Below, piece after piece: positions 17,779 to 27,924 of a DNA stretch of 64,000 nucleotides. The first letter of the stretch is position 1. Each line of letters opens with the position of its first letter. Location: the sequence record PZ583743.1; one strand, written 5' to 3'. The notes beneath the pieces were generated by a model that made no database searches, was not told the DNA's origin, and saw only the letters and a program-made list of their open reading frames with translations. The stretch is from a phage. The position numbers and the translations under genes were made by a program.

Positions 17779-17859
17779 TCACTGGCGTCCGAAGACGCCT
17801 TTAGTTTTAAGATTGTTACGATAGAACTGCATCACGTGTTCGTTATGGAAATTACTCAT
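17779..17859 (-). CDS. stp: Stp peptide (26 aa)
   Basis: Manual translation [26 protein letters not shown]; ATG overlaps ndd stop (TAATG). Confidence 0.8.
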
Positions 17860-18314
17860 TAATATGCCTGCAAAACAAATTTAAAGTTATCAGCCAACAT
17901 ACGGTTCATTTCTTCAAGTGTTTGATACTCAGAATGATGATTACGAGTAAACGCTAAAGCTAACTGACCTTTTCCAAATCCCGTCGTCAGAGGTTTCATC
18001 TTAGAAGCAGGTAGATAAAATACTGTGTATGGAACATTGTTATTTGCAATAGTACGCGCGAGCTGGGACCGACGCTGACGAATATGACTTAGAACTGCAC
18101 TGAATCCTTGCTTAGAACGCTGATTACCTACATAAAATCGCGCAGATACACACGGACTATCAAATGGACCACCAAATTTGCTCACTAAAAAGTAAAATCC
18201 AGGGTTAGACAAAATGTCTTTATGCGGAGTTCCAAAAACCCATTCACCGCCCTTGATTGTACCAATAACAGTTGCGCCTGCATTATTCAGATCAGTAACA
18301 GTCATGTATTTCAT
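17859..18314 (-). CDS. ndd: Ndd nucleoid disruption protein
   Basis: 151 aa as in T4; synteny. Confidence 0.8.
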
Positions 18315-18373
18315 ATTGATTTCCTCTAATTATTTTCTACTCCAAGGCCGTATGTATTCATACGGCTGTTAAA

Positions 18374-18589
18374 TTAATCGTCGCAGTCGACACTTAATTC
18401 CCAGAATTCTTCTACAGTATAAGTTTCAGTATCATTTTCAATACAGAAACGTTCATTACTGTTATTTGCTAAAGTAGCGTTAACTGTCATTTTCTCGCTA
18501 GTACTCTTAAGAGGTGAAATACGAATTAACTGATCACCATTATCTAAGCAAAAAATTTCACCGACCTTTACATCTTTAAAAATTTTCAT
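18374..18589 (-). CDS. Hypothetical protein (71 aa), ndd-denB interval
   Basis: ORF track. Confidence 0.45.
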   Translation of the reverse strand: MKIFKDVKVGEIFCLDNGDQLIRISPLKSTSEKMTVNATLANNSNERFCIENDTETYTVEEFWELSVDCDD

Positions 18590-18704
18590 AATTCACCTCA
18601 GGGAGTATAAAATCCAAATGCAGTTGTTGACCATCCCATCCAATATGGGAAATTTGCACCAATGTAAAACATAAGAATATAAAACCAACCACTCAGCAAA
18701 TTCA

Positions 18705-18923
18705 TCATTTTACACCATTCCAAATTGTTTCAACCACAGATTTTAAACCATTTTGGTGAATATCCATTCCGACAACCGCCATCAAATAGATTCCAACCAC
18801 AACTGACCCCAAGGCGAAAATCAGCATGAAAATGAATAAAGCAGGAAAAATATTATCAAAAAACCATTCCATAAATGTAAAAGCACTGCGTTTACGCTTC
18901 ATATTTTCCTCACATAAATCCAA
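18705..18923 (-). CDS. Small membrane protein (72 aa or shorter from internal MKRKRS start)
   Basis: ORF track; hydrophobic core FPALFIFMLIFALGSVVVGIYLMAVVG. Confidence 0.45.
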   Translation of the reverse strand: MDLCEENMKRKRSAFTFMEWFFDNIFPALFIFMLIFALGSVVVGIYLMAVVGMDIHQNGLKSVVETIWNGVK

Positions 18924-19298
18924 AGTAAGCGTTTAATACATCAATCATTAAAACGATTGGGAATATACTTAAAACTACTAGTATTATAACTACATTCCAT
19001 ATAGCTTTAACAATCTTTTTCATTTTCTATTCCTCCGTAGTTGATAGAGTAATAATACCACAGAGGAACAGTCTTGTAAACAACTTTTTTAAAAATATTC
19101 GTAATAAATGTGAATACCAATCACCACTGCCGAAACTTGTGCAACCCACCACGCACAAGCAATAAGCACAGAATTAAAAATTTTCATAATAACCTCATCA
19201 CAAAAGTAAATGTTAAACAAATTAATGGAATACTAATTAACCAAACGAAACACCACCATAATGAACTCATAGTTCAATCTCAACGATTTTCATTTTAC

Positions 19299-19517
19299 TC
19301 AATAATCCGCTAAAAGATCGACGATTGCATCACGAAGACACTTATTCGCAATACGTTTAAGAGCAATTTCAGTTTCTGGAGCATTTTGAATAATCATTGA
19401 ATTCAATTCAGCCTCAGCAAACTGAAGTTCTTTAACTAATTCAGCTTTATATTTTCCTTGCCCTTTCTTAGCTTTTGCTCGTTTTAATTCAGCTGTAGTA
19501 AACATTTTATTCTCCAA
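19299..19517 (-). CDS. Hypothetical protein (72 aa)
   Basis: ORF track; early promoter immediately upstream. Confidence 0.45.
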   Translation of the reverse strand: MENKMFTTAELKRAKAKKGQGKYKAELVKELQFAEAELNSMIIQNAPETEIALKRIANKCLRDAIVDLLADY

Positions 19518-19539
19518 ATCCGTATCAGTTGATAGTTGT

Positions 19540-19570
19540 ATAGTACCACAGTCCTTGTGGTATGTAAACC
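19540..19570 (-). promoter_or_regulatory. Early promoter (repeated cassette)
   Basis: Plus-strand gtatagtacc...gtaaac. Confidence 0.55.
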
Positions 19571-19586
19571 GTTTTGTGAAAATTTT

Positions 19587-20144
19587 TTAAATGGAAAGAT
19601 ACCATCCGTTGTAGTTGCTTTTTCTTACAACCTTACGAAGGTCTTCTCTATCACCGATGAACTTCGGAGTGTACTGGATGACACCTGGATGAATTTCTTT
19701 AGTGTTGAATATAATTATACAGTCAGCGACTTGGTGATTCAGAATGGGCCCTAGATTTATTCCAGAACCGTATGGATACTCCCCGCTGCATCCGGTTGTT
19801 ACCGAAATCCAACGTGAGTCAGTTTGATGTGTTTTGACTTCTACACGAAGCCCACAGTATTTTGGATGCGCCAATACATCCCATGCGTAAGTATACGGGT
19901 CATTAACATCCTCTTGGCCTTTGTTAACATATCCGCTTAGCCAATCTGCTACAAAAAATTCTGCGTACACAGCGATACGGCATCTTTCAATAACTTCTGC
20001 TTTATCCTGATTAGGATTTTGTTTTAAAGAGTATCTTGCTGTATCAGCAATTTTGACCTTCATTTCACTAGTCAAATCATTGTTCGATAGGGTAAATGTC
20101 GGAATCTGAAATAGTCTCTGTAAACCTGGATTCGTTTTCTGCAT
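19587..20144 (-). CDS. denB: DenB endonuclease IV
   Basis: 185 aa as in T4; synteny next to rIIB. Confidence 0.8.
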   Translation of the reverse strand: MQKTNPGLQRLFQIPTFTLSNNDLTSEMKVKIADTARYSLKQNPNQDKAEVIERCRIAVYAEFFVADWLSGYVNKGQEDVNDPYTYAWDVLAHPKYCGLRVEVKTHQTDSRWISVTTGCSGEYPYGSGINLGPILNHQVADCIIIFNTKEIHPGVIQYTPKFIGDREDLRKVVRKSNYNGWYLSI

Positions 20145-20230
20145 TAAACTTTCCTTTTACGTCGGAATCACTGATATTCATATAATAAATCATAGTTTCC
20201 CTTAAAACAAAAGGGCCGAAGCCCTTTATT

Positions 20231-20425
20231 TTATTTGAATTGTGCAATTCTTTTCTCTAAACAATCTGCGTAAGATTTCATTGAGATAAACTGCGAAAGC
20301 AGCAGTTCTTGCTCAACTGCATTAACCATTGAAAACTTTTCACTTTCTAAAAATTTGCTCAGTGCATTAATTTTGAGCATTAATTGATCGTATTCTTCTT
20401 TTACTCGTGCTTGATAACCTAACAT
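20231..20425 (-). CDS. Hypothetical protein (64 aa from ATG at 20425), denB.1-like
   Basis: ORF-track frame; internal ATG with SD GAGGAAAA avoids overlap with rIIB. Confidence 0.45.
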   Translation of the reverse strand: MLGYQARVKEEYDQLMLKINALSKFLESEKFSMVNAVEQELLLSQFISMKSYADCLEKRIAQFK

Positions 20426-20453
20426 AATTTTCCTCAGTAATGGGCCGAAGCCC

Positions 20454-21392
20454 TTATTTAAATTGTTCAGTAACGTCTTCAACTACTTCGTATTGACAGG
20501 TACGCATTTTAGCATCGTTGTAATCAATCGGAATTGATACTACATCACGCGGATGTACTTTAACTTTTACAACTCGGCTGGTTGAACTACCAAAGTGACG
20601 AATATAAGATTTAGAACACACATGCAGACCACGAGAACAAGTTTGTGTATCATCGTCATTCACACGAGTACGTGGCATTTTAACTACTTTACCAGGGCTG
20701 TTATCAAAAGTATTTGAATGACAGTCAAAGTAATTGCTGCGAACTACTTTCCAAGCATAGAAGTAGCCGTCTTCTGTAATTTCAATATCGTTTGCTACCA
20801 AGAAATCAAAGAGTCGAGATACTGCTTTTTGGCTTGGGTTTTCCAGCAGATTTTCCAGGAACGGAAAATAAAATTCAAAGTTTTCGCCTTTTTCCATCGA
20901 ATCGAGAATACGATCAACTAAACCAGACCGCAATTCAATGTTTTGATAGAACAAGCTTCCACCTTCAATTCGAACATCACCCGAAATATATTTTTCAACA
21001 GCGCGACGAACGTTAATTTTTTGTGCCGCTTCTTCTAATTTATCTGCAACAAGCAGGTTAAGAATTTCCTGGAAGTTTGAATGAGTATTAGGAGTTGCGT
21101 TATAAGTTACGCCGTCAACAGTAATTGAAATGAATTTTTTAGATGCATTCCAAATAATGTCAGATTTAGCAACTGGAGCAATAGCTACATCACTCTTAAC
21201 TTCAACTGTAATGTCACCGCTAATGGTAACTTTAGAGCGTTCAGCTTCTTTAGCATTTTTCAAAACACGACGGATTGTGTCAACCGATACACCTTGCCAA
21301 TCAGCCAATTCCTGTTGGGTATAATTACCGCTTGAATACAGTTTAACAATTTCAGCTTGTTCGTTTTTGGTCAGGCATTTAATATTGTACAT
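20454..21392 (-). CDS. rIIB: rIIB
   Basis: 312 aa as in T4; N-terminus MYNIKCLTKNEQAEIVKLYSSGNYTQQELADWQG. Confidence 0.9.
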   Translation of the reverse strand: MYNIKCLTKNEQAEIVKLYSSGNYTQQELADWQGVSVDTIRRVLKNAKEAERSKVTISGDITVEVKSDVAIAPVAKSDIIWNASKKFISITVDGVTYNATPNTHSNFQEILNLLVADKLEEAAQKINVRRAVEKYISGDVRIEGGSLFYQNIELRSGLVDRILDSMEKGENFEFYFPFLENLLENPSQKAVSRLFDFLVANDIEITEDGYFYAWKVVRSNYFDCHSNTFDNSPGKVVKMPRTRVNDDDTQTCSRGLHVCSKSYIRHFGSSTSRVVKVKVHPRDVVSIPIDYNDAKMRTCQYEVVEDVTEQFK

Positions 21393-21403
21393 AATTTTCC
21401 TTA

Positions 21404-23581
21404 TTAGGCCGCAAGGGCCTTCATAGTTTTAGCGATTTGGGAAACTTCATCATCACTTAAAGAGTTGCGATAACCGATGAAATCGGAAACAATACGGAAT
21501 TTCTTGGTAAACTCAGCAACCATTTTATCACTGTTTTTTGAAGCATTATTTGATAATACATCAAAAAGATTAGTTACTGTCCAGATGTCATGACCGATGG
21601 TACCTTTTCCACCGTTGAAATATATACCTTGCAATGAACTAACCATATTACCAAGGCGAGTATATTCTTCGGAAACTTCATCTGCACTGAAGTACTTCAT
21701 CATAAAATCTAACTCAGGATACTTGATAATTTTATCAATATATCGTTTAGCTGAACTTGAATAACCTACATACTTATCATAATCTACATCATCAAAAGCA
21801 TCTACATATAAATCACGCAAAGTTTCAAAAATACATTGACACTGACCGAGTTCTTTTACCTTTTTCTGTAAAAGTGGACGAATAACATAAAATTCATTAA
21901 TGCCAATAAGATTAGCCATACGAATCAAAATATTCGTAGATGGATGACAAAGCGATGTAGTACCATCCATAGAGAAAATATCAGAACGATGCATGTATGC
22001 TACATAACCAGTAATTTCATCTGCTTCTGATGTGAGCGTAAACAGTTCCTCTTTTTCCCAGCGCCCGTCTTTAATTTCAAACTTAAATGCAGTAGCAGCT
22101 TTAGGACGAGGAGCTGTACTTTTTACTGCCTTTGGAATATAACTTTTAACTAAAGCTTCAATTTCTGACAAATAATGAATGTTAACTTCATCACTTTCAA
22201 ACATTGCCATAATATCAGGAAGCAAATCAATCTGTGATTCTACTTCCGGATTAATAAACAAAAGGCGTTCATTGTGATGAATATTTAAGGTGTTATTAAA
22301 TTCATTATCATCTAACGCACGTGCTAATCCACGGACAATATTAACACGATTTTTAGTATTATCAATAACAATATTAATTTTTGTCGTATTAATACCGAAC
22401 AGACGATAACTTGATGCAACGGCTGAAGTTTCATGGCTTTGCTTAATGCGTTTTAGTCGAGGGTCAAGATTTACTTCATACACAACTCCTGCATTACATA
22501 ACTTACTGTCAGGTTCAAACATGCTCTGCATCTTTTTATATGACAGATTTTTAGTCGTGAATTTGACCGAATTACTAATCATATAATCTCGAGCAGAATA
22601 TCCCATCTTCATCAATTCACGGTATGTATGACGAGGAGATGTAGATTCTTTAAATCGTTTTACATCTTCATTGAATGCCTTCTCACTAAGCTCTTTAACA
22701 CGCTCAATAATATTTTTACGAGTACGATCATCTAGTGAAAGAGCCTCGCGCGATGGAGCAATATCAAGTGAACCCATTGGAAACTTAATATAATTCACTT
22801 CATTGCGAATGCTTAACCAGTTACGCTCTCTAATAACGCCATCAATAGGATAAACAATACCACCATAGATAGCGTACAATCCACCACGATCTGGCCAGTA
22901 TCTTTCTGGATTTACGCCGTAGTAGTCATCAAAATCCGGAAAATAATCAATTTCGCGGTCAAGACCATTAATGATAGCCAAATCTTTGAATGGTCGCATG
23001 ATATAAGAAACTTCATAAGCAAAGTTTCTAAAATCTTTTTCTTCAACTGGAACTACGATTTCAATACCAGTTTTATCGTTTGGACCCATTTCTTTTACGA
23101 ATGTAGGTTTAATCTGTGGACCATCACCATCCATGTAAGCTACATAACCGCGAATTTCGCCTTTATGATATGAAGTAATACTAAATGTATCAGTATAACT
23201 AAACGGAGATTTAGAACCTAAACCAAATCCACCAATGAAATCGTTAGATTCAGCCTTAGATGAACTAAAGTATGAATTATACAACCCAGGAGAATTATCA
23301 TCACCCTGAATATCAAAATCGCTCATACCCGGACCAAAATCTCGACAAACAAATCGCGGATCTAATCGTCCTGGAACTTGTATGATAAATTTTTCAGGAT
23401 TTCCATTAAGAGCATGGGCATCAATCATGTTGGTAATCAATTCACGGACTACTGCGCGAATCTTGTTTGTATATAAATCAGATGATAGAATTTTAAATAC
23501 TTTAGGAGACGCTGTGATGCTAAATGCTTTTGATTTAGAACCATTACCAAGAATTGTTTCTTTTTCAGTGGTGATAATCAT
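21404..23581 (-). CDS. rIIA: rIIA
   Basis: 725 aa as in T4; N-terminus [27 protein letters not shown]. Confidence 0.9.
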   Translation of the reverse strand: MIITTEKETILGNGSKSKAFSITASPKVFKILSSDLYTNKIRAVVRELITNMIDAHALNGNPEKFIIQVPGRLDPRFVCRDFGPGMSDFDIQGDDNSPGLYNSYFSSSKAESNDFIGGFGLGSKSPFSYTDTFSITSYHKGEIRGYVAYMDGDGPQIKPTFVKEMGPNDKTGIEIVVPVEEKDFRNFAYEVSYIMRPFKDLAIINGLDREIDYFPDFDDYYGVNPERYWPDRGGLYAIYGGIVYPIDGVIRERNWLSIRNEVNYIKFPMGSLDIAPSREALSLDDRTRKNIIERVKELSEKAFNEDVKRFKESTSPRHTYRELMKMGYSARDYMISNSVKFTTKNLSYKKMQSMFEPDSKLCNAGVVYEVNLDPRLKRIKQSHETSAVASSYRLFGINTTKINIVIDNTKNRVNIVRGLARALDDNEFNNTLNIHHNERLLFINPEVESQIDLLPDIMAMFESDEVNIHYLSEIEALVKSYIPKAVKSTAPRPKAATAFKFEIKDGRWEKEELFTLTSEADEITGYVAYMHRSDIFSMDGTTSLCHPSTNILIRMANLIGINEFYVIRPLLQKKVKELGQCQCIFETLRDLYVDAFDDVDYDKYVGYSSSAKRYIDKIIKYPELDFMMKYFSADEVSEEYTRLGNMVSSLQGIYFNGGKGTIGHDIWTVTNLFDVLSNNASKNSDKMVAEFTKKFRIVSDFIGYRNSLSDDEVSQIAKTMKALAA

Positions 23582-23591
23582 AATTTCCTCA

Positions 23592-23795
23592 TTAATTCAT
23601 ATTACGCTTAATAACTTCAGCAACTTCTAGTAGTTCATCTTTAGTTGCGGTGTCGGATTGAATTTTATCTCTAATATTCTTAAAGCGGTTTTTAAACTCT
23701 TCGGCTTCTCCCATATCGAAAAAGCGTTGAATGATTCTATATTCTCGATGAACTGCTTTATCAAAAAGTTCTAAATTTACTTTATATGATTTCAT
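23592..23795 (-). CDS. Hypothetical protein (67 aa), rIIA.1-like
   Basis: ORF track; position. Confidence 0.5.
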   Translation of the reverse strand: MKSYKVNLELFDKAVHREYRIIQRFFDMGEAEEFKNRFKNIRDKIQSDTATKDELLEVAEVIKRNMN

Positions 23796-23820
23796 TTCAA
23801 TATCCTCATTTGCCCAATTA

Positions 23821-23850
23821 ATTATACCACATCCTTGTGGTAAAGTAAAC
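23821..23850 (-). promoter_or_regulatory. Early promoter (GTTTAC-18-TATAAT) upstream of rIIA.1 and rIIA
   Basis: Plus-strand attata...gtaaac. Confidence 0.55.
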
Positions 23851-25670
23851 TACTGGCTCATCCATTCTTTACGAAGGTCAGCATTATCTCCCATGAGCAT
23901 TTCAAAAAGCTCTTTCCAGTTCTCAGGAAGTTTAACAACATCATATACTGGGTTTTGAATCATCTCACGATATTCAGATTTTTCCAAAGAGCCAAGTCCT
24001 TTAATATAACGGATGCTATGTTTAGGTAGAGCATCTTTGGCACTCTCATATTCAGCGACTGTATAAAACCATTCTTGTTTTTTACCGACCTGAGCGATGA
24101 TTACAGGAGTTTTGACAAAGCGAATTCTTCCTTGTTCAAACAGTTCTGGCCAATTACTAAAAAATCCGAGCAGAGAAGGATAAATGCTTCCTAGACCATC
24201 ATGGTCAGCATCAGTCATAATAGCAATATTATGATAATTCAAGTTTTCAGCTTTTTCACCGAGAACTAATCCAGTGATTGCGCAAATATCAAACAGTTCT
24301 TTGTTTTTAAGCATGTCAGCATATGACATGCCCCAACTGTTGAGAACTTTACCACGTAATGGATAACCACCGTGAAGTTCTTTATCACGAACATCAATAA
24401 GATATCCGATAGCCGAATCACCCTCAGTCAAGAAAAGAGTAGTATCAGCATCTTTACCACAAAGATTCGCTTTAATATGTTTATGAACCTTAGCTTTAGA
24501 AGCCTTTTTAGCTGCTTTAGTTTCTGCTGCTTTTTCTGCCGCTAATTTACGAGCCAAAGCAGCTTCAATAATCGGCATTAGAATTGCTTCATTATTTAGA
24601 ATAGCACGTGAAATCTTTTTAGCATCAAGTTGAATATGACTACGGATTTCACCAAATGGAGAAGTCAAACGCTCTTTAGTTTGAGAATCAAATCGCATGT
24701 TTTTCATATCACGGACAAACATAACGATAGTCAAACATTCTTTAACGCGTGCTTTAGTCACATCAATTTTGAACTTACGTTTGATTTGTGGAATAAGGTC
24801 TTCACAAATATCATCCATAACACAGTCAATGTGATGGCCACCATTCTTAGTGTGAATGTTATTCACATAAGTTAATTGACGAAAACCATCCGGTGAACGA
24901 CCAACCGCAATAGAGCAATTTTCTTGTTCTTGAACGATAGCATGCTCATCATATTGACGTGCATATTTCTTAAAATTGCCCTGAACCTTTTTACCATTAA
25001 AGGTAAATTGAATATCAGGATAAACTACTGCAAGTGTCTGGAGACGATCTAGTGTAATGTCAAGATAAACTTGAGATAGCTCATTAGTTTCAAATGACAT
25101 AAAATCAGGAATGAAAGTAACACGAGTTCCTTTCCATTTTCCAGGAATAGTTTCCCATGATTTATTTTCCATGCCATTTGAACAACGAACTACAATATTA
25201 TTTTGACCATCGCCAGTTTCACCGACAAACATCACAGAAAAAATGTTAGTTAAACTAGAACCAACACCGTTCATACCGCCGGTGACGCGTTCTTTATCAT
25301 CACCAAAGTTACCACCTGCTTTTGGAATAGTCCATGCAGCAACAGGACCAGGAATTTCTTCACCAGTAGGTGTTTTAACCATCGCCTGTGGAATACCGCG
25401 ACCGTTATCTTCAACTGTTACTTGATTGTTTTTGATAGTAACATTAATTTTATTTGCGAATTTAAACTTAGTACGAATACCTTCATCTACTGAGTTATCG
25501 ATAATTTCATCAATAAGCTTAACAAGACCAGGTACATACTGAACACTTTCCCATTTACCAAACAGAAAGCGCTCATGCATTTCATTAGCGGAAGAGCCAA
25601 TGTACATGCCGCTACGCTTTTTGATATGTTCAATATCGCTCAGAATTTTAATTTCATTCTTAATCATCAC
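23850..25670 (-). CDS. 39: gp39 DNA topoisomerase II large subunit (GyrB-like), uninterrupted form
   Basis: 606 aa; GHKL ATPase and Toprim-like motifs; T4 splits this into 39 plus 60, T2-type is a single ~605-aa gene. Confidence 0.9.
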   Translation of the reverse strand: MMIKNEIKILSDIEHIKKRSGMYIGSSANEMHERFLFGKWESVQYVPGLVKLIDEIIDNSVDEGIRTKFKFANKINVTIKNNQVTVEDNGRGIPQAMVKTPTGEEIPGPVAAWTIPKAGGNFGDDKERVTGGMNGVGSSLTNIFSVMFVGETGDGQNNIVVRCSNGMENKSWETIPGKWKGTRVTFIPDFMSFETNELSQVYLDITLDRLQTLAVVYPDIQFTFNGKKVQGNFKKYARQYDEHAIVQEQENCSIAVGRSPDGFRQLTYVNNIHTKNGGHHIDCVMDDICEDLIPQIKRKFKIDVTKARVKECLTIVMFVRDMKNMRFDSQTKERLTSPFGEIRSHIQLDAKKISRAILNNEAILMPIIEAALARKLAAEKAAETKAAKKASKAKVHKHIKANLCGKDADTTLFLTEGDSAIGYLIDVRDKELHGGYPLRGKVLNSWGMSYADMLKNKELFDICAITGLVLGEKAENLNYHNIAIMTDADHDGLGSIYPSLLGFFSNWPELFEQGRIRFVKTPVIIAQVGKKQEWFYTVAEYESAKDALPKHSIRYIKGLGSLEKSEYREMIQNPVYDVVKLPENWKELFEMLMGDNADLRKEWMSQ

Positions 25671-25720
25671 TTATCCTCGTTTGGTTTCGGGAATATTATA
25701 CTCCGGTAATCATAAAGCTA

Positions 25721-25736
25721 AAGGCCCGAAGGCCTT
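25721..25736 (-). repeat. C(UUCG)G-type hairpin (AAGGCC-UUCG-GGCCUU)
   Basis: Read directly; one of a family of intercistronic UUCG stem-loops. Confidence 0.6.
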
Positions 25737-26006
25737 TTATTTAAAACGGATAGTCGAATCCTTAAAGAACAGCCCAGAACATACTGTTCCTTCTACTTTC
25801 TGCCCAGTAGGTCCAATAGCACGAAATCCAGTATGTTGGAAATCATTTTCAGAACAACCGAACCAGTTATATCCAGTGATTTCAATATTAGTAAAACCGC
25901 TTGAAGACAAAACTTTGGTTGCATTATCAGCATCAGTACATCCTACTAAAGACACTGCTAATACTAATGCTGCGATAGAACGATTAATATATTTCATAGT
26001 TTTCAC
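25737..26006 (-). CDS. Putative lipoprotein (89 aa)
   Basis: Signal peptide and lipobox LVGC near N-terminus. Confidence 0.55.
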   Translation of the reverse strand: MKTMKYINRSIAALVLAVSLVGCTDADNATKVLSSSGFTNIEITGYNWFGCSENDFQHTGFRAIGPTGQKVEGTVCSGLFFKDSTIRFK

Positions 26007-26374
26007 TTAAATTTAATGGCTTGAAGGAGACTAATAATTCTCAAGCGACTTCTTTCATCTTTAACTGTAAATGAAAGAGGGTCACCAGATTTCATAGTGA
26101 TAGTGCATTCAAAATCAAAATCTTCTGTAACTTCTTCGAAGAAGTCAAATTCTTCATCATAAATTAGAACATTACTCTGAAAGCTGTGAAGAATTTTTCC
26201 GTCATTTCCAGATGCTGTACTAATCATTGTAACATTATTACCTTTCATATCTTCAACGATAAATTCGCTTGTAGATATTACATTACTAATAGAACCATTC
26301 CTATAAATAGCAGAAAATAGATATTTCTTTTCTTCACCTTCGCGAATGCGATATTTCTTACCGATTTTAAACAT
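26003..26374 (-). CDS. Hypothetical protein (123 aa)
   Basis: ORF track. Confidence 0.5.
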   Translation of the reverse strand: MFKIGKKYRIREGEEKKYLFSAIYRNGSISNVISTSEFIVEDMKGNNVTMISTASGNDGKILHSFQSNVLIYDEEFDFFEEVTEDFDFECTITMKSGDPLSFTVKDERSRLRIISLLQAIKFK

Positions 26375-26376
26375 AA

Positions 26377-26553
26377 TTACCCTTTAAGTAAGTCGTAAAA
26401 TCCGCCATTCACATGCTTAGGGGCAGAGACTAACCGAATAGCAATCCGATGACAATCAGGACATACATCAGTATCTCTTTCAGAAATTTTCTTGATTTTT
26501 TCGTATTCTTTTGCGCAGTCTTTTGATTGACATTTATAATCATAAAGCGGCAT
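26377..26553 (-). CDS. Small zinc-ribbon protein (58 aa, CxxC...CxxC)
   Basis: Manual translation MPLYDYKCQSKDCAKEYEKIKKISERDTDVCPDCHRIAIRL. Confidence 0.5.
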   Translation of the reverse strand: MPLYDYKCQSKDCAKEYEKIKKISERDTDVCPDCHRIAIRLVSAPKHVNGGFYDLLKG

Positions 26554-26555
26554 AA

Positions 26556-26969
26556 TTATTCCTTAAAGTGAGCTTTCAACATCTGATACAAGGACCATGC
26601 CTGTTCATCATTTTCAATAGTAACTTTCATTACAGGGAATTTAGATTGATCAGTTATCGGTGCAGATTCTTCCTGCTCTTCAGCTGCCTGGTATGGATTT
26701 TCAACTTCATTAAAGAATTCAGCTTCATTCGATGAAAGCCAAATAAAATCTTCATCCAAAATATCTTTACCAGAAGATAGTACTAAATTTCCAGCAAATG
26801 ACATAATTTTAATAGGACGCCCAAGAGCATCCACATCTAAAATTTTAAAAGGATGCATACCTAAACGGCGTGCATAGATTCCGTTATCAGTATGGTCTTT
26901 AATAAAATTTTCTTGAGCTTGTTTATTTTTAAATTGATACCATTTATTAACTTCAAATTTAATAGCCAT
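26556..26969 (-). CDS. Hypothetical protein (137 aa), possibly goF-like
   Basis: ORF track; position and size only. Confidence 0.45.
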   Translation of the reverse strand: MAIKFEVNKWYQFKNKQAQENFIKDHTDNGIYARRLGMHPFKILDVDALGRPIKIMSFAGNLVLSSGKDILDEDFIWLSSNEAEFFNEVENPYQAAEEQEESAPITDQSKFPVMKVTIENDEQAWSLYQMLKAHFKE

Positions 26970-27184
26970 TAATAAATTTCCTTCCAGTAAGTTGTACCAT
27001 CTTCAGTGATTTCACGAAATACACCGTAAATTGGTTGTTTATCCCCAACCTTTTCATACACATAAACCGAAGTCAAGTGAGTAAACTTAGCAGTGTGTTC
27101 CTTTTGAACTACTACCAAATCTGGATCGAATAACACATCTTCAAATTCGTCATTAGTGCAGTTCTGAACAATTTTACGTTTCAT
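26969..27184 (-). CDS. Hypothetical protein (71 aa), possibly cef-like
   Basis: ORF track; size matches T4 cef. Confidence 0.45.
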   Translation of the reverse strand: MKRKIVQNCTNDEFEDVLFDPDLVVVQKEHTAKFTHLTSVYVYEKVGDKQPIYGVFREITEDGTTYWKEIY

Positions 27185-27356
27185 TACAATTTCCTCGTTA
27201 ATTGAACATTGGAGCGATGCGTTTCAGAAGAGTAGCAGCACCTTTGGCAAATTTTCCATTTTATTCTCCAAATTATTTTCTATATCAGTAGTTGATATTG
27301 ATATAGTACCATAATCAACTACTGATGTATATAGTTTTATGAAAAAATTTTAAACT

Positions 27357-27848
27357 TTATGCATAGCGAGCTTTGCTGTAGTGTTTAATCCAACTTTCAG
27401 GAATGACTTTGTATGTTCCTAAAAATACCGCGTTGTATAACTTAACGCCATCTTCTACCCATTGATCAGTAATGTATGCACACATAGCGCGAGTACGCCG
27501 AGGAAGTGGTTGTCCACCTTCGATAAATTCAAACTCATAAGGAGCAATGAACTTGATAGCTCGACCGAGTTTCCACTTAAAGTCTACACCTACATGCGAA
27601 GTATCAATCGTTTCAATTCCTTTAGCGGGAACAGCTTTCAAAAACGCAGATTCAAGAAATTTCGCGCGAACATAACCAAACTGAGGTTTAGACTTTCCAT
27701 CTTTAGGAATGATACGCACTTTTACTTCAGAATCTTCATCTTTAACGCCGTGTTTAAGCTGAATGCTTACAATTTCGACCAATTTTCCTGCTGCTTTAGA
27801 ACGGGATTTATCAGATACACGAGCAATTTCACCAATATTAATAATCAT
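27357..27848 (-). CDS. motB: MotB-like protein (163 aa)
   Basis: Size and position match T4 MotB (162 aa). Confidence 0.6.
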   Translation of the reverse strand: MIINIGEIARVSDKSRSKAAGKLVEIVSIQLKHGVKDEDSEVKVRIIPKDGKSKPQFGYVRAKFLESAFLKAVPAKGIETIDTSHVGVDFKWKLGRAIKFIAPYEFEFIEGGQPLPRRTRAMCAYITDQWVEDGVKLYNAVFLGTYKVIPESWIKHYSKARYA

Positions 27849-27892
27849 AGTTATCTCTCACTTGTTAAAAAGATTTTATACTCCACAGGACC

Positions 27893-27922
27893 ATTATACT
27901 CTGGTCCCAAGAGTTTGTAAAC
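27893..27922 (-). promoter_or_regulatory. Early promoter (GTTTAC-18-TATAAT) upstream of motB
   Basis: Plus-strand attata...gtaaac. Confidence 0.55.
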
Positions 27923-27924
27923 TA

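Noticed and set aside
15662-21324. Plus-strand ORFs of 60-82 aa scattered through the minus-strand early block (e.g. 15662..15859, 16948..17454, 19110..19313, 20718..21324)
   Set aside because: Each is antisense to a well-supported minus-strand gene and lacks an SD. The only plus-strand ORF kept in this block is 38823..39023, which sits in a gap and has a strong SD.
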